DNA from: Mycobacteriaceae bacterium | Lineage (GTDB): Bacteria > Actinomycetota > Actinomycetes > Mycobacteriales > Mycobacteriaceae | DNA length: 64,000 bases | Assembly: GCA_037141465.1 (NCBI GenBank) | Contig: JBAXCK010000001.1 | Span: 5,439-69,438, forward strand | Reading direction: 5' to 3' | Shown: piece by piece, positions 12,179 through 23,375 of the stretch | Position numbering within the stretch: position 1 is the stretch's first letter | Layout: the number at the start of each line of letters is the position of its first letter | Made by a program: the position numbers and the translations under genes | The notes under the pieces: model-generated | Told to the model about the DNA's origin: nothing | Database searches by the model: none | The model's input: only the letters and a program-made list of their open reading frames with translations

Positions 12179-13648
12179 CTACGGCCAGGTGTGTACCGGT
12201 GTGTTGGAGTGCATCAGCTCGCAGTAGCCGCGCAGCATCTCGGCGAGGGCCTCGCGGCGGTCAAGCCCACGATCCTCTAGGCGGTTCACGGTGTGAACCT
12301 GCCAGGCCGAACCGTTGCGTCCCGTCTTCGCGCGTTCCTCGATGACACCGAGGTAGCGATCGCGCACTTCGGCTGCCACCCGCCAGCGTCGTAGGCCTTC
12401 TTCGGCCATGGGGAGCAGTAAACGGAGCACGAGTTCATCGGCGGTCACCTCGCCGATCCCCGGCCAGTACAGGCGTGCTGTCAGTCCGTGACGTGCCGCG
12501 GCCAGGAAATTGTCATGTGCAGCGGCGAAACTCATCTTGGTCCACAGCGGACGTTCGTCATCGGCGATCGTGCGCAGCAATCCGTAGTAGAAGGCGGAGT
12601 TGGCCATCATGTCGATGACCGTGGGACCGGCGGGCAGCACCCGGTTCTCCACCCGCAGATGCGGGCGCCCGTTGACGACGTCGTAGACCGGCCGGTTCCA
12701 GCGATAGACCGTGCCGTTGTGCAGACGCAGTTCGGCGAGTTGTGGGATGTGGCCGGACGCCAGTTCCGCGGCGGGATCCTCATCGGAGATCTCCGGTAGC
12801 AGGGACGGGAAGTAGCGCACGTTTTCCTCGAACAGATCGAAGATCGAGGTGATCCAGCGCTCGCCGAACCACACCCGAGGGCGTACGCCCTGAGCCTTGA
12901 GTTCCTCCGGTCGGGTGTCGGTGGCCTGGGCGAAGAGTTCGATCCGGGTCTCGGCCCACAGTTGGTGGCCGAAGAAGTACGGCGAGTTGGCGCCGAGTGC
13001 CAGTTGGGGTCCGGCCAACACCTGGGCAGCGTTCCAGTTGTTGGCGAAGTCGGCCGGTGAGACCTGAAGGTGCAACTGCATGCTGGTGCACGCCGACTCC
13101 GGCGCTATGGACTCGGCATGCAGGCTCAGGTGCTCGGTTCCGGCGATGTCGATGAGGATGTCCTCACCGCGTGCGGTGAAGATCGAATCGTTGAGTGCCT
13201 GGTAGCGCATCGACGGGCTCATCCAGCTGCCGGTCAGATCCTCGGGCATGAGGGTGGGCAGGATGCCGATCATCACGATGTGCGCGCCGTCGGTTGCTGC
13301 CTTGCGTTCGGCCGCGTTGAGACTGGCCCTGATCTCGCTCTCGAGGTCGAGAGCGGTACGGCCCGGCAGCGGACGCGGGGGAACGTTGAATTCGATGTTG
13401 TAAGCACCCAACTCGGTCTGGTAGGCCGGGTCGGCAATGGCGGCCAGGACTTCGGTGTTCTGCATCGCGGGCTGATAGTCGCCGTCGACGAGGTTGCACT
13501 CGATCTCCATGCCGGTCAGGGGCCGGTCGAAGTCGAAACTCGATTCGGCGAGCATGGTTTCGAACACGTCGAGGCAGCGCTGCACCTTCTGCCGGTACTC
13601 CTGGCGGTGCTTGCGGCTGTAGGTGACGTGTGTGACTTCTTCTCCCAC
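12179..13648 (-). CDS. Glutamate--cysteine ligase-like (GCS2 family) protein, not EgtA type
   Basis: TGMEIECNLVD, QTELGAYNIEFN, ESACTSMQLHLQ, RVENRVLPAGPT; start placed at GTG 13648 (MGEEV). Confidence 0.85.
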   Translation of the reverse strand: MGEEVTHVTYSRKHRQEYRQKVQRCLDVFETMLAESSFDFDRPLTGMEIECNLVDGDYQPAMQNTEVLAAIADPAYQTELGAYNIEFNVPPRPLPGRTALDLESEIRASLNAAERKAATDGAHIVMIGILPTLMPEDLTGSWMSPSMRYQALNDSIFTARGEDILIDIAGTEHLSLHAESIAPESACTSMQLHLQVSPADFANNWNAAQVLAGPQLALGANSPYFFGHQLWAETRIELFAQATDTRPEELKAQGVRPRVWFGERWITSIFDLFEENVRYFPSLLPEISDEDPAAELASGHIPQLAELRLHNGTVYRWNRPVYDVVNGRPHLRVENRVLPAGPTVIDMMANSAFYYGLLRTIADDERPLWTKMSFAAAHDNFLAAARHGLTARLYWPGIGEVTADELVLRLLLPMAEEGLRRWRVAAEVRDRYLGVIEERAKTGRNGSAWQVHTVNRLEDRGLDRREALAEMLRGYCELMHSNTPVHTWP

Positions 13649-13770
13649 AAAAGACGATGCAACACCGCCTGCAGGGGGTGCGCAAGCGATTCCGCCCTGA
13701 ACCGCGACACCGGAGTGGCAGACTGCCCAATGCAGTGTCGTCAGACGTCGCGACCTCTTAAGGAGCACCG

Positions 13771-15285
13771 TTGGCAAACTTCGTCGCCGCGATCGACCAG
13801 GGCACCACAAGCACCCGTTGCATGATCTTCGATCACAACGGTCTCGAGGTCGGCCGTCACCAACTTGAGCATGAACAGATCCTGCCGCGGGCCGGCTGGG
13901 TCGAGCACAACCCGACCGAGATCTGGGGGCGCACCCAGACCGTGGTCGCATCCGCGCTCAACAACACCAATCTCTCGGCAGCCGACATCGCTGCGCTCGG
14001 CATCACCAATCAGCGCGAGACGACGATCGTGTGGAATCGCAAGACCGGTCAGCCGTACTACAACGCGATCGTCTGGCAGGACACCCGGACCGACCAGATC
14101 GCCGCGGCGCTGGACCGCGACGGCCGCGGCGATGTGATCCGCCGCAAGGCCGGACTGCCGCCCGCGACGTACTTCTCCGGCGGCAAGCTGCAGTGGATCC
14201 TGGAGAACATCGACGGCGTGCGTGCCGATGCCGAAAAAGGCGACGCACTGTTCGGCACTCCCGACGTGTGGGTGCTGTGGAACATGACGGGCGGCCCCAA
14301 CGGCGGCGTGCACGTCACCGACCCGACCAACGCCAGTCGCACCATGCTGATGAATCTGGAAACCCTCGACTGGGACGAGGAGCTGTTGTCCTTCTTCCGG
14401 ATTCCGCGTCAGATGCTGCCTGCCATCCGACCGTCGTCCTCGCCGAATCCGTACGGAACCACCACGTTGGACGGACCCATGCGCGGTGAGGTTCCCCTGA
14501 CTGCGAGCCTCGGTGATCAGCAGGCGGCGATGGTGGGGCAGGTGTGTCTGAAACCGGGTGAGGCGAAGAACACCTACGGAACCGGTAACTTCCTGCTGCT
14601 CAACACCGGCGAGAAAATCGTCCGCAGCCGCAACGGTCTGCTGACCACCGTCTGCTACCAGTTCGGAGACGCCAAACCTGTCTATGCGCTCGAGGGTTCG
14701 ATCGCGGTGACGGGATCAGCTGTTCAGTGGTTGCGCGACCAACTCGGCATCATCAGCGGTGCCGCCGACAGCGAGGCACTCGCGTCACAGGTCGAGGACA
14801 ACGGCGGCATCTACTTCGTACCGGCGTTCTCCGGGCTGTTCGCACCCTACTGGCGCTCCGACGCCCGTGGCGTGATCGTCGGACTGTCCCGGTTCAACTC
14901 CAACGCCCACATCGCGCGGGCGACCCTGGAGGCGATCTGCTATCAGAGCCGCGACGTGGTGGACGCCATGGCCGCCGATTCCGGCGTCAAGCTGGAGGTG
15001 CTCAAGGTCGACGGCGGCGTCACGCTCAATGAGTTGTGCATGCAGATCCAGGCCAACGTGCTCGGGGTCGACGTGGTGCGGCCGAAGGTGCCCGAAACCA
15101 CCGCTCTGGGCGCGGCGTACGCCGCCGGTTTGGCTGTCGGCTACTGGTCGGACCCGGAGGATCTGCGGGCAAACTGGCAGGAAGATCGGCGGTGGTCGCC
15201 GAAGTGGACCGCTGAGCAGCGGGCGAAGGGGTACGCCGGCTGGAAAAAGGCTGTCGAGCGAACCCTGGACTGGGTGGAGGTTTAA
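13771..15285 (+). CDS. glpK: Glycerol kinase
   Basis: [41 protein letters not shown]; TAAGGAG SD. Confidence 0.97.
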   Translation: MANFVAAIDQGTTSTRCMIFDHNGLEVGRHQLEHEQILPRAGWVEHNPTEIWGRTQTVVASALNNTNLSAADIAALGITNQRETTIVWNRKTGQPYYNAIVWQDTRTDQIAAALDRDGRGDVIRRKAGLPPATYFSGGKLQWILENIDGVRADAEKGDALFGTPDVWVLWNMTGGPNGGVHVTDPTNASRTMLMNLETLDWDEELLSFFRIPRQMLPAIRPSSSPNPYGTTTLDGPMRGEVPLTASLGDQQAAMVGQVCLKPGEAKNTYGTGNFLLLNTGEKIVRSRNGLLTTVCYQFGDAKPVYALEGSIAVTGSAVQWLRDQLGIISGAADSEALASQVEDNGGIYFVPAFSGLFAPYWRSDARGVIVGLSRFNSNAHIARATLEAICYQSRDVVDAMAADSGVKLEVLKVDGGVTLNELCMQIQANVLGVDVVRPKVPETTALGAAYAAGLAVGYWSDPEDLRANWQEDRRWSPKWTAEQRAKGYAGWKKAVERTLDWVEV

Positions 15286-15286
15286 C

Positions 15287-15302
15287 TGGGACAGTTGTCC
15301 CA
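15287..15302. promoter_or_regulatory. Palindrome TGGGACA-GT-TGTCCCA abutting the carotenoid oxygenase ATG; candidate operator
   Basis: 7-bp perfect arms filling the glpK-CCD gap. Confidence 0.4.
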
Positions 15303-16669
15303 TGACCCAGACCGCCGCTGACTCGGCCAACCTGCCCATCGCTGACCGGCTGACCGGTGAAGCCGACAACCCCTTCCACATGCGCGGCAACTATGCGCCG
15401 GTGCCCGACGAACTCACCGAGTACGACCTCCCGGTGGAGGGCGCAATCCCGCCTGAGTTGGACGGCTGGTACCTGCGCAACGGGTCCAACCCGCGATCGG
15501 CGACCGGGCACTGGTTCATCGGCGACGGGATGATCCACGGTGTGCGGATCGAAGGTGGAGCGGCCAAGTGGTACCGCAACCGCTGGGTGCGGACAGAGAG
15601 CTTCTCCCACCCCTTCGGCGTCTACAACCCCGACGGAACCCGCAACCTGCGCTCGTCGGTGGCCAACACGCACGTCGTCAACCATGCCGGCAAGACGCTG
15701 GCGCTGGTGGAGTCGTCGTTGCCGTACCAGATCACCAACGACCTGGAGACGGTGGGCTGTTATGACTTCGACGGCAAGCTCAACGACTCGATGACGGCCC
15801 ACCCGAAGATCTGCCCCACCACGGGCGAGCTCCATTTCTTCGGCTACGGCAACCTCTTTCAGCCACACGTGAGCTATCACCGTGTCGACGCCGACGGCGT
15901 GCTGACCGTGAACCGGCCGGTGGAGGTCCCCGCGCTGACGATGATGCACGACTTCGCCATGACGTCGGAGCATGTCATCTTCATGGATCTGCCGATCGTG
16001 TTCAATCTCGATATCGCCATCAGCGGCAAGGGGGATATGCCCTTCCGGTGGAACGACGAGTACGGGGCGCGGTTGGGGGTTCTGCGCCGCGACGATCCGT
16101 TCGGCGAGGTGCGCTGGTTCGAGATCGATCCGTGCTACGTCTTCCACGTCGCCAACGCTTACGTCGACGGTGCTCACATCGTGGTGCAGGCGTGCCGCTA
16201 TCCGGAGCTGTGGCGCAACGACGGGGGATTCGCCGCCAGTGCCGCGCTCTGGGAATGGCGGATCGATATGGCCGCCGGCACGGTCAGTGAGCGTCAACTC
16301 GACGACCGCGCAGTGGAGTTCCCCCGCATCGACGATCGGCTGGCCGGGTTGCCTGCCCGGTACGCGGTCTCGGTGTCCGACGCGTCCCTGGTGCGCTATG
16401 ACCTGAACACCGGCGAGGGTGTGGAGCATCGGTTCGGATCCGTCGAGTCCTCCGGCGGCCCCGGGGAGGCCGTGTTCGTCCCCTCACCGTCAGGTCCGGC
16501 CGATGAGGCCAACGGCTGGTACATCGCCTACGTCTACGACGCCGCCCGCGACAGCAGCGACTTGGTGATCCTTGACGCCTCGGACTTCGGCGGCGCGCCA
16601 GTGGCTCGAATCCAGATGCCGCGGCGAGTTCCCTACGGCTTTCACGGAAACTGGATCCCGAACAGCTAG
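15302..16669 (+). CDS. Carotenoid cleavage oxygenase (RPE65 family)
   Basis: GNYAPV, YLRNG, four Fe-binding His (AHPK, MMHDF, FHVANAY, GFHGNW), EFPRID. Confidence 0.92.
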   Translation: MTQTAADSANLPIADRLTGEADNPFHMRGNYAPVPDELTEYDLPVEGAIPPELDGWYLRNGSNPRSATGHWFIGDGMIHGVRIEGGAAKWYRNRWVRTESFSHPFGVYNPDGTRNLRSSVANTHVVNHAGKTLALVESSLPYQITNDLETVGCYDFDGKLNDSMTAHPKICPTTGELHFFGYGNLFQPHVSYHRVDADGVLTVNRPVEVPALTMMHDFAMTSEHVIFMDLPIVFNLDIAISGKGDMPFRWNDEYGARLGVLRRDDPFGEVRWFEIDPCYVFHVANAYVDGAHIVVQACRYPELWRNDGGFAASAALWEWRIDMAAGTVSERQLDDRAVEFPRIDDRLAGLPARYAVSVSDASLVRYDLNTGEGVEHRFGSVESSGGPGEAVFVPSPSGPADEANGWYIAYVYDAARDSSDLVILDASDFGGAPVARIQMPRRVPYGFHGNWIPNS

Positions 16670-16686
16670 GAGTAGCCTGGCCGACT

Positions 16687-17151
16687 ATGGGTGAACTCAA
16701 GGACCGGTTGCGCGCCGATCTCACCGCAGCGATGAAAAGCCAGGACAAGCTGCGCACCGCAACGCTGCGGATGCTGCTGGCCGCGATCCAGACCGAAGAG
16801 GTGTCCGGCAAGCAGGCTCGCGAACTCACCGATCCGGAAGTGATGAAGGTGCTCGCCCGCGAGTCGCGCAAGCGCAGCGAGGCGGCCGAGATCTACACCC
16901 AGAACGGGCGCGGCGAGTTGGCTGCCGAGGAGCACGCCGAGGGCCGGATCATCGACGAGTATCTGCCCACCCCGCTGACCGACGCCGAAGTCGCCGACGT
17001 GGTGAACACCGCCATCGCCCAGGTCGCCGAGGAGATCGGCGAGCGCCCGTCGGTCAAGCAGATGGGCATGGTGATGAAGGCGGCGACGGCGATCGCCGAC
17101 GGCCGAGCCGACGGCTCGAGGTTGTCGGCGGCGGTCAAGGACCGGCTGTAG
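16687..17151 (+). CDS. GatB/YqeY domain protein (Rv3688c ortholog)
   Basis: LKDRLRADLTAAMK...LRMLLAAIQ...KQMGMVMK. Confidence 0.92.
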   Translation: MGELKDRLRADLTAAMKSQDKLRTATLRMLLAAIQTEEVSGKQARELTDPEVMKVLARESRKRSEAAEIYTQNGRGELAAEEHAEGRIIDEYLPTPLTDAEVADVVNTAIAQVAEEIGERPSVKQMGMVMKAATAIADGRADGSRLSAAVKDRL

Positions 17152-17158
17152 CGGCATC

Positions 17159-17962
17159 ATGACCACCTCGAACCGCCGCGGTGTCCAGGCACTCGTGACC
17201 GTTACGTATCTGGCGATGGTGACGATGAACGTCCTGGCGAACGCATTACCGCTGAACGGCAGGAGCACCGGCGACATCTCCGACGCCTACCCGAGCCTGT
17301 TCACACCGGCAGGCATCACCTTCTCCATCTGGGGCGTCATCTACCTGTTGTTGGGCGCGCACGTTCTCTATCAACTCGGACTGTTTCGCGACGGGCCCGA
17401 AACACCGGCGCAGTCCGCTCTGCTCAACAGGGTCGGAGTGCTCTTCGCGCTGTCGTCGTTGGCCAACACCGCCTGGATCTTCGCCTGGCATTACGACTTC
17501 ATTCCCCTGTCGGTAGTGCTGATCACTGTGATCCTTGTCTGTCTGGCGTTGATCGTGACCACGCTTCGGCGTGCCGCTCTCGTCGGGCGGCAGCGATGGT
17601 TGGTGGGTGTCCCGTTCAGCGTGTACTTCGGTTGGACCACGGTTGCGGTGGTTGCCAATGTCACCGTGCTGCTGGTCCGATGGCGCTGGGACGGCTTCGG
17701 GCTTTCCGATGCGACGTGGGCGGCGATCATGGTTCTCGTCGCGATGGCGATCGGAACGCTGACCATGGTTCGCAATCGTGACGTGGCTTACGGACTTGTG
17801 CTCATCTGGGCGTTCGCCGGAATCCTGCTGCGGCAGCTCTCTGCGAGCGGATTGAACGGTGGGTACCCGATGATCATCGCGGCGGTCGTGGCATCACTGG
17901 TGATCTTCGTGGCCGCCGAAGCGAGGATCGTCATGCGGGGGCGCACATCCTCGGTCGGCTGA
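17159..17962 (+). CDS. Tryptophan-rich sensory (TspO-related) membrane protein
   Basis: [40 protein letters not shown]; multiple TM helices. Confidence 0.75.
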   Translation: MTTSNRRGVQALVTVTYLAMVTMNVLANALPLNGRSTGDISDAYPSLFTPAGITFSIWGVIYLLLGAHVLYQLGLFRDGPETPAQSALLNRVGVLFALSSLANTAWIFAWHYDFIPLSVVLITVILVCLALIVTTLRRAALVGRQRWLVGVPFSVYFGWTTVAVVANVTVLLVRWRWDGFGLSDATWAAIMVLVAMAIGTLTMVRNRDVAYGLVLIWAFAGILLRQLSASGLNGGYPMIIAAVVASLVIFVAAEARIVMRGRTSSVG

Positions 17963-17971
17963 GGCCGACCG
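17952..17971. terminator. GC hairpin between the convergent TspO-like gene and tRNA-Pro
   Basis: CGGTCGGC-TGAG-GCCGACCG. Confidence 0.5.
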
Positions 17972-17984
17972 CTCTCTCACACAG

Positions 17985-18058
<74 letters not shown>

Positions 18059-18112
18059 CGTGAAGCGTCGCCAGCCTATCGCACGTTGTCGGCGGCAGGC
18101 GAAACGGTCGTT

Positions 18113-19063
18113 TCAGTGCACCGAGGCGGTGGGCGTGGAGCGCACGACGATTCGGCCGGTGTCGCGCCCGCCGGTGGGTGAGGCCACCAGCGTCAGTAGC
18201 GTGGCCTCCGGCCGACAGCAGAAACGGAACGGCGCATAGGGCGACGTGCCGATACCCGCGGACACGTGCAAAGCGGTGCCCGCACCCCAATTCGAGGCAC
18301 CCTTGGCTCTTGTCCTGTCGATATCGCAGTTGGTGATCAGCGCTCCGTAACCCGGCAAGCACAGTTGACCGCCGTGGGTGTGGCCGGCCATCACCAACTG
18401 ATAGCCGTCGGCGGCGAACCGGTCGAGCACCCGGGTGTAGGGAGCATGTGTGACGCCGAGGCTGAGGTTGGCGGCCGGGCTGGGCGGTCCGGCGATCACG
18501 TCGTACCGGTCCCGCTCGAGGTGGGCATCGTCGACGCCGGCTGCGGCGATGGTCAGTCCGGAGACCTCGATCTCGCGCCTGACGTGGGTGAGATCGAGCC
18601 AGCCGCGTTCGGTGAACGCGGCACGCAGATCCTGCCAGGGCAGCGGATCGCCGTGGGTCCGGTGTTCGCGGTCGGTGAGGTACTTCGCCGGATTCTTCAA
18701 CCGCGGTGCGAAGTAGTCGTTGCTGCCGAACACGAACAAGCCGGGTACCGAGAGCAGATCGCCGAGTGACTGCACCACCGCCGGAACAGCTCTGGGATGC
18801 GAAAGATTATCGCCGGTGTTGACCACCAGATCCGGTTGCCATCCGGCCAGCTCCCGCAGCCAAGCCTGCTTGTGGCGCTGTGTCGGCCGCATATGGATGT
18901 CGCTGAGGTGCAACACGCGAAGCGGTGTCGAACCGGGCGTCAGGACCGGCATCGTGACCTCACGAACCACGAACGCATTGCGTTCGATGAGCGTGGCGTA
19001 TCCGATGGCGAGTGCGGCCGAACCCACCGCGGCGGCGGAGGTTCGCAGGGCGGGAGAGGCCAT
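18113..19063 (-). CDS. Metallophosphoesterase (Rv3683 ortholog)
   Basis: DIH, GDN, GSND, GHTH motifs; TAGGCT -10 box 7 nt before ATG 19063. Confidence 0.92.
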   Translation of the reverse strand: MASPALRTSAAAVGSAALAIGYATLIERNAFVVREVTMPVLTPGSTPLRVLHLSDIHMRPTQRHKQAWLRELAGWQPDLVVNTGDNLSHPRAVPAVVQSLGDLLSVPGLFVFGSNDYFAPRLKNPAKYLTDREHRTHGDPLPWQDLRAAFTERGWLDLTHVRREIEVSGLTIAAAGVDDAHLERDRYDVIAGPPSPAANLSLGVTHAPYTRVLDRFAADGYQLVMAGHTHGGQLCLPGYGALITNCDIDRTRAKGASNWGAGTALHVSAGIGTSPYAPFRFCCRPEATLLTLVASPTGGRDTGRIVVRSTPTASVH

Positions 19064-19083
19064 GAAAGTCAGCCTACTGCGCG

Positions 19084-21546
19084 TCACGGGGGCGGCGGGC
19101 CCTCCAGCGGTGGTGGTGCCGGCGGAACCAGCACCGGGATGGTGATCGGCGGCAATCCGGGTATCTCGACGACCGTCGAACCGATCTCCGGCATGCCCGG
19201 CGGCGGCGGGGGCACACCCGGGGGCGGCGACGGCGGCGGCGGTGGAGGCGGTGCGACGCCGTTGCTCACCATTAGGGTGACGATGATTCCGGGCACGATC
19301 TGACCGCTCGGGCTGGTGCCCACCACCGTGCCGGCCGGGGTGGTGCTGTTGACCGAGCTGACGTTGTCGGCGACCTGGAACCCGGAGGCACGCAATGTTT
19401 CCCGGGCGCGATCCTGACCCATGCCGTTGACATTCGGTATCCGTGAGCTCGGCGCGCCGTCGACGTAACGGGGATCAGTCGGCGGAAGGCTCACGTCCCC
19501 GAACTTCTCGGCGATCGGCGTCATGGTGGTGAACCACGTCTGCGCCGGCTCCTTGCCGCCGAAGAGGTCGCCGTCGCCGCATTGGCGCAGGGGGAACGAG
19601 CAGATGTCGGTGGGGTCGGGGGAATCGTCATAGATGTAGTTCACCGCGGCGAAGCGGTTGGTGTAACCCAGGAAGCCCGCTGAGCGGTGGGCTTCGGTGG
19701 TTCCGGTCTTGCCCGACATCGGCAGGGTCCAGCCCGCGGAGTTCGCCGCGGGGGCCGCCGTGCCGTTGAGGGTGTCGCGCCCCAGGGCGTTGGACAATGT
19801 GTTGGCCAAGCCCTCGGGAACCACCTGCTCGCAGGTTTCGGCGTTGATCGACACCTCGTCGCCGCGACGGTCATAGACTTTGTCGATCGGGTTCGGCGGA
19901 CACCACATGCCGCCGGAGGCCAGCGTGGTGGCGACGTTGGCCAATTCCAATGGATTGACCTCGAACGGGCCGAGGGTGAACGAGCCGATGTTCTGACGCT
20001 TGATGAAGTCCGCGAGGCTCTCGTTGTTATCCGGATCGTAGGCCCGGGCGGTGCCCGGCTCGGCGTAGGAGCGCAGACCCAGTTTGACCGCCATGTCGAC
20101 GGTGCGCGATACGCCCACCTGGGAGATGAGCTTGGCGAAGGCGGTGTTGGGCGACTTGGCCAGCGCCTCGGTGACACCCATGGTCAGGTAGCGCGGGTCC
20201 TTGTAGTTCTCGACGCACCACGTCTCTTTCGGGCACCCTTTGGCGCCTCCCTCGCCGAGGCCCCTGGCCTCGAAGCGTCCCGGCACGTCCAGCGTTGCGT
20301 TGATCCCCAGGCCCAAGTCGAGGGCGGCGGCGGTGGTGAAGATCTTGTAGATCGATCCCGCTCCGTCGCCGACCAACGAGAAGGGTTGGGGCTGAACGGT
20401 TTCCCCCGCATCGGTGTTGAGGCCGTAGTTGCGGCTGCTGACCATTGCGATCAGGGGGTGGCTGGTCTTACCCGGCAGCAGAATGTTCATGACGCTGGCG
20501 ATCCCGTTGAGATCCGGTGCCGCGGTGGAGTCCACCGACCTCTTGGCATCGGCCTGCACGTCCGGATCCAGTGTGGTCTTGATCAGGTAGCCACCACGGG
20601 AGACCTGCTCCTTGGTCAGACCCGCTCGAGCCAGGTACTCCTGAACGTAGTCACAGAAGAAGGCGCGGTCACCGGCGGCGATGCAGCCGCGCGGCAGCTC
20701 GTTGGGCCGTGCCAGGATGCCGAGCGGCTGTTGTTTGGCCGCCCGCAGTTCGTCGGCCTCGTCGGGGAGTTGCTCGATCATGGTGTCGAGCACGAGGTTG
20801 CGGCGAACCAGTGCGCCGTCGGGGTTGGTGTAGGGATTGAGCGTGGAGGTGGACTGCACCAGTCCGGCCAGCAGCGCCGACTGCTGCCAGTTCAGTTCGG
20901 AGGCGTCGATCCCGAAGTAGGTCTGGGCTGCGTCCTGGATTCCGTAGGCGCCGTTGCCGAAGGACACCAGGTTCAGGTAGCGGGTCAGGATCTCGGGCTT
21001 GGACAGGGTGCGATCCAGGGTGAGCGCCATGCGGATCTCCCGCAACTTGCGCGCCGGCGTGGCCGCGACGGCCGCCCTCTTCTCCGCGTCGGTCTGCGCA
21101 AGCACGAGCAACTGGTAGTTCTTGACGTACTGCTGCTCGATGGTGGAACCGCCGCGCGTGCCCAGGTCCCCGGACGCGTAGCCCGCCAGGCCGGTGAGAG
21201 TGCCTTTCCAGTCCACCCCGTTGTGCTCGGTGAAGCGCTTGTCCTCGATGGAGACGATCGCCAGTTTCATGGTGTCGGCGATCTTGTCGGTGGGCACCTC
21301 GAAGCGGCGCTGGGAGTACAGCCAGGCGATGGTGTTGCCCTTGGCGTCGACCATCGTGGTGACCGCGGGGACGTCGCCCTCGAGCACCTGGGCGGAGCCG
21401 TTGGCGACGATGTCGGAGGCGCGGTTGGACATCAGCCCGAGGCCGCCGGCGACCGGGAAGAGCAGGGCCGCCATCACCACGCTGGCCAGCAGGCAGCACC
21501 AGCCCAGTTTGATGAGGGTGCGGCCCGTCGGCGGGCGTTCCGGCAT
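19084..21546 (-). CDS. ponA2: Class A penicillin-binding protein (transglycosylase/transpeptidase, PASTA, Pro-rich tail)
   Basis: IEDKRF, GGSTIEQQYVKN, RKLREI, SIYK, SPN, KTGT; divergent from whiB4. Confidence 0.95.
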   Translation of the reverse strand: MPERPPTGRTLIKLGWCCLLASVVMAALLFPVAGGLGLMSNRASDIVANGSAQVLEGDVPAVTTMVDAKGNTIAWLYSQRRFEVPTDKIADTMKLAIVSIEDKRFTEHNGVDWKGTLTGLAGYASGDLGTRGGSTIEQQYVKNYQLLVLAQTDAEKRAAVAATPARKLREIRMALTLDRTLSKPEILTRYLNLVSFGNGAYGIQDAAQTYFGIDASELNWQQSALLAGLVQSTSTLNPYTNPDGALVRRNLVLDTMIEQLPDEADELRAAKQQPLGILARPNELPRGCIAAGDRAFFCDYVQEYLARAGLTKEQVSRGGYLIKTTLDPDVQADAKRSVDSTAAPDLNGIASVMNILLPGKTSHPLIAMVSSRNYGLNTDAGETVQPQPFSLVGDGAGSIYKIFTTAAALDLGLGINATLDVPGRFEARGLGEGGAKGCPKETWCVENYKDPRYLTMGVTEALAKSPNTAFAKLISQVGVSRTVDMAVKLGLRSYAEPGTARAYDPDNNESLADFIKRQNIGSFTLGPFEVNPLELANVATTLASGGMWCPPNPIDKVYDRRGDEVSINAETCEQVVPEGLANTLSNALGRDTLNGTAAPAANSAGWTLPMSGKTGTTEAHRSAGFLGYTNRFAAVNYIYDDSPDPTDICSFPLRQCGDGDLFGGKEPAQTWFTTMTPIAEKFGDVSLPPTDPRYVDGAPSSRIPNVNGMGQDRARETLRASGFQVADNVSSVNSTTPAGTVVGTSPSGQIVPGIIVTLMVSNGVAPPPPPPPSPPPGVPPPPPGMPEIGSTVVEIPGLPPITIPVLVPPAPPPLEGPPPP

Positions 21547-21743
21547 GGGCTACAGACTACTGAGCGGACGTCACGGGAGTCCCAGCCGCTTCTGCTGTCG
21601 CACAGATGGTCGGTCGGTAACGGCGATTTCCGATGCGCGAGTCACAAAACCGCAGTTCATGCGGGGTTTGCACAGCCGTCCCAAAAAAGCTGTGATCCGA
21701 CTGTTGCGCAAACGAGACCTGACCACCTAACTTAAGCACACAG

Positions 21744-21787
21744 TGCGACGCAGGTAACACTTCGTCCGCAATGTGGCGCAGGTCGCA
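21744..21787. promoter_or_regulatory. Two tandem CRP-like sites upstream of whiB4
   Basis: TGCGA-CGCAGG-TAACA (21744) and TGTGG-CGCAGG-TCGCA (21772), each 2 mismatches from TGTGA-N6-TCACA. Confidence 0.45.
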
Positions 21788-21847
21788 GAGGCGGCCTGAC
21801 CGGCGAAATCGCCGCCCTCGGGCGGCTCTGGACGAAGGGGACCACCT

Positions 21848-22201
21848 GTGTCGGGGATTCAGACCGCAGCCCGTAGGACCACCGCTCAAGTGCCCCAGGC
21901 ATCGCTGCAGGGAGTCAATGGCGAAGCCAGGATCGCCTGGGTGTCCAAAGCGCTGTGCCGCTCGACCGATCCCGATCAACTCTTCGTCCGTGGAGCGGCC
22001 CAGCGCAAGGCCGCGGTCATCTGCCGGCACTGTCCGGTCATCACCGAGTGCGGCGCCGACGCGCTGGACAACCGCGTCGAGTTCGGAGTGTGGGGTGGCA
22101 TGACCGAGCGCCAGCGCCGCGCCCTGCTCAAGCAGCATCCCGAAGTCGTGTCCTGGGCGGAGTTCTTCGCCGCCCAGCGCAAGCACCGCAGCGTCAGCTA
22201 G
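21848..22201 (+). CDS. whiB4: WhiB-family Fe-S transcriptional regulator WhiB4
   Basis: Four Cys (CRSTDPD, CRHC, EC), GVWGG; synteny with ponA2. Confidence 0.96.
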   Translation: MSGIQTAARRTTAQVPQASLQGVNGEARIAWVSKALCRSTDPDQLFVRGAAQRKAAVICRHCPVITECGADALDNRVEFGVWGGMTERQRRALLKQHPEVVSWAEFFAAQRKHRSVS

Positions 22202-22225
22202 CGCTGCCCCCGCCCTGCGCGGGTT

Positions 22226-23362
22226 CTACGTCTCGCCGGTGATCTGATCGGCGATCGCCTGCAGCGCGTCGAGATCGGACACGTCGAACGGCAGCGATGG
22301 CACGCCCACGACTGCCACATGCGGATTGGCGCCGGTGAAACGGGAGAGCAGGCGGATCTCCCGTTTGGCGGTCTGGCCCCGGTCGGCGTGGATCTCCAGC
22401 ACCCCGGCCGTCAGCTCCGAGGACGCATCGCCGGACCCGCCGCCGGTCCGCAGCGATACCGCCGCGTCGATCGCACGCTCCACCGGCAGCGCCGACAGCA
22501 TCGGGTGGGTCCTGTTGAGCACCAGCCCGGCCAGTGGCATGCCCTCGGCGGAGAGCCGGTCGACGAAGAACGTCGCCTCCCGCAACGCGTCCGGTTCGGC
22601 GGCCGACACCACGACGAACTGGGTACCGCGCCGCTTGAGGAGTTCATAGGTCCGGTCGGCACGCTCCCGGAAGCCCCCGAGGGTGCTGTCCAGTGACTGG
22701 ATGAACGACGACGCATCGGAGAGCAGCTGTGAACCCAAGATCGCCGACATCGCCTTCATCGCCAGGCCCATGACACCGGTGACCAGACGGCCGATACCCC
22801 GACCCGGGTTCAGCAGCAGCCGCCACATCCGGCCGTCCATGAAACTGCCCAGGCGCTTGGGGGCGTCGAGGAAGTCCAACGCGTTGCGCGACGGCGGGGT
22901 GTCCACGACGACAAGGTCCCAGCGGTCCTCGGCGAGCAGCTGGCCGAGCTTCTCCATCGCCATGTACTCCTGTGTGCCGGCCAGGGAGGTGGCCAGGGTC
23001 TGATAGACCTGGTTGTTCAGAATCTCCTGTGCCCGTTGCGGATCGGAGTACCCGACGATCATCTCATCGAAGGTGCGCCGCATATCGAGCATCATCGCGT
23101 GCAGTTCGCCCGGCACCTCCGGCCCGAGAGGCACCTGCTGGGGAGTGTTGCCGAGTTCCTTGATGCCCAAGGCCTGCGCCAACCGCTTGGCGGGGTCGAT
23201 CGTCAGCACCACCACGGTCCGGCCGTACTCGGCGGCGCGCAGCGCCATCGCCGCGGCCGTGGTGGTCTTGCCCACACCGCCGGCGCCGCAGCAGACCACC
23301 ACCCGGTTGGACCGGTCAGACAGGATGGCCTTCATGTCCAATGTCTTGGGTGCGCCGCTCAT
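22226..23362 (-). CDS. ArsA/Get3-family ATPase (Rv3680 ortholog)
   Basis: [23 protein letters not shown]. Confidence 0.93.
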   Translation of the reverse strand: MSGAPKTLDMKAILSDRSNRVVVCCGAGGVGKTTTAAAMALRAAEYGRTVVVLTIDPAKRLAQALGIKELGNTPQQVPLGPEVPGELHAMMLDMRRTFDEMIVGYSDPQRAQEILNNQVYQTLATSLAGTQEYMAMEKLGQLLAEDRWDLVVVDTPPSRNALDFLDAPKRLGSFMDGRMWRLLLNPGRGIGRLVTGVMGLAMKAMSAILGSQLLSDASSFIQSLDSTLGGFRERADRTYELLKRRGTQFVVVSAAEPDALREATFFVDRLSAEGMPLAGLVLNRTHPMLSALPVERAIDAAVSLRTGGGSGDASSELTAGVLEIHADRGQTAKREIRLLSRFTGANPHVAVVGVPSLPFDVSDLDALQAIADQITGET

Positions 23363-23375
23363 CGGCTGATCCTGC

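Noticed and set aside
14281-14320. Phase-variable homopolymer of M. tuberculosis glpK
   Set aside because: The equivalent codons read GGC GGC CCC AAC GGC GGC, so there is no 7-nt tract
19090-19260. Poly-proline tail of PonA2
   Set aside because: Typical of mycobacterial class A PBPs
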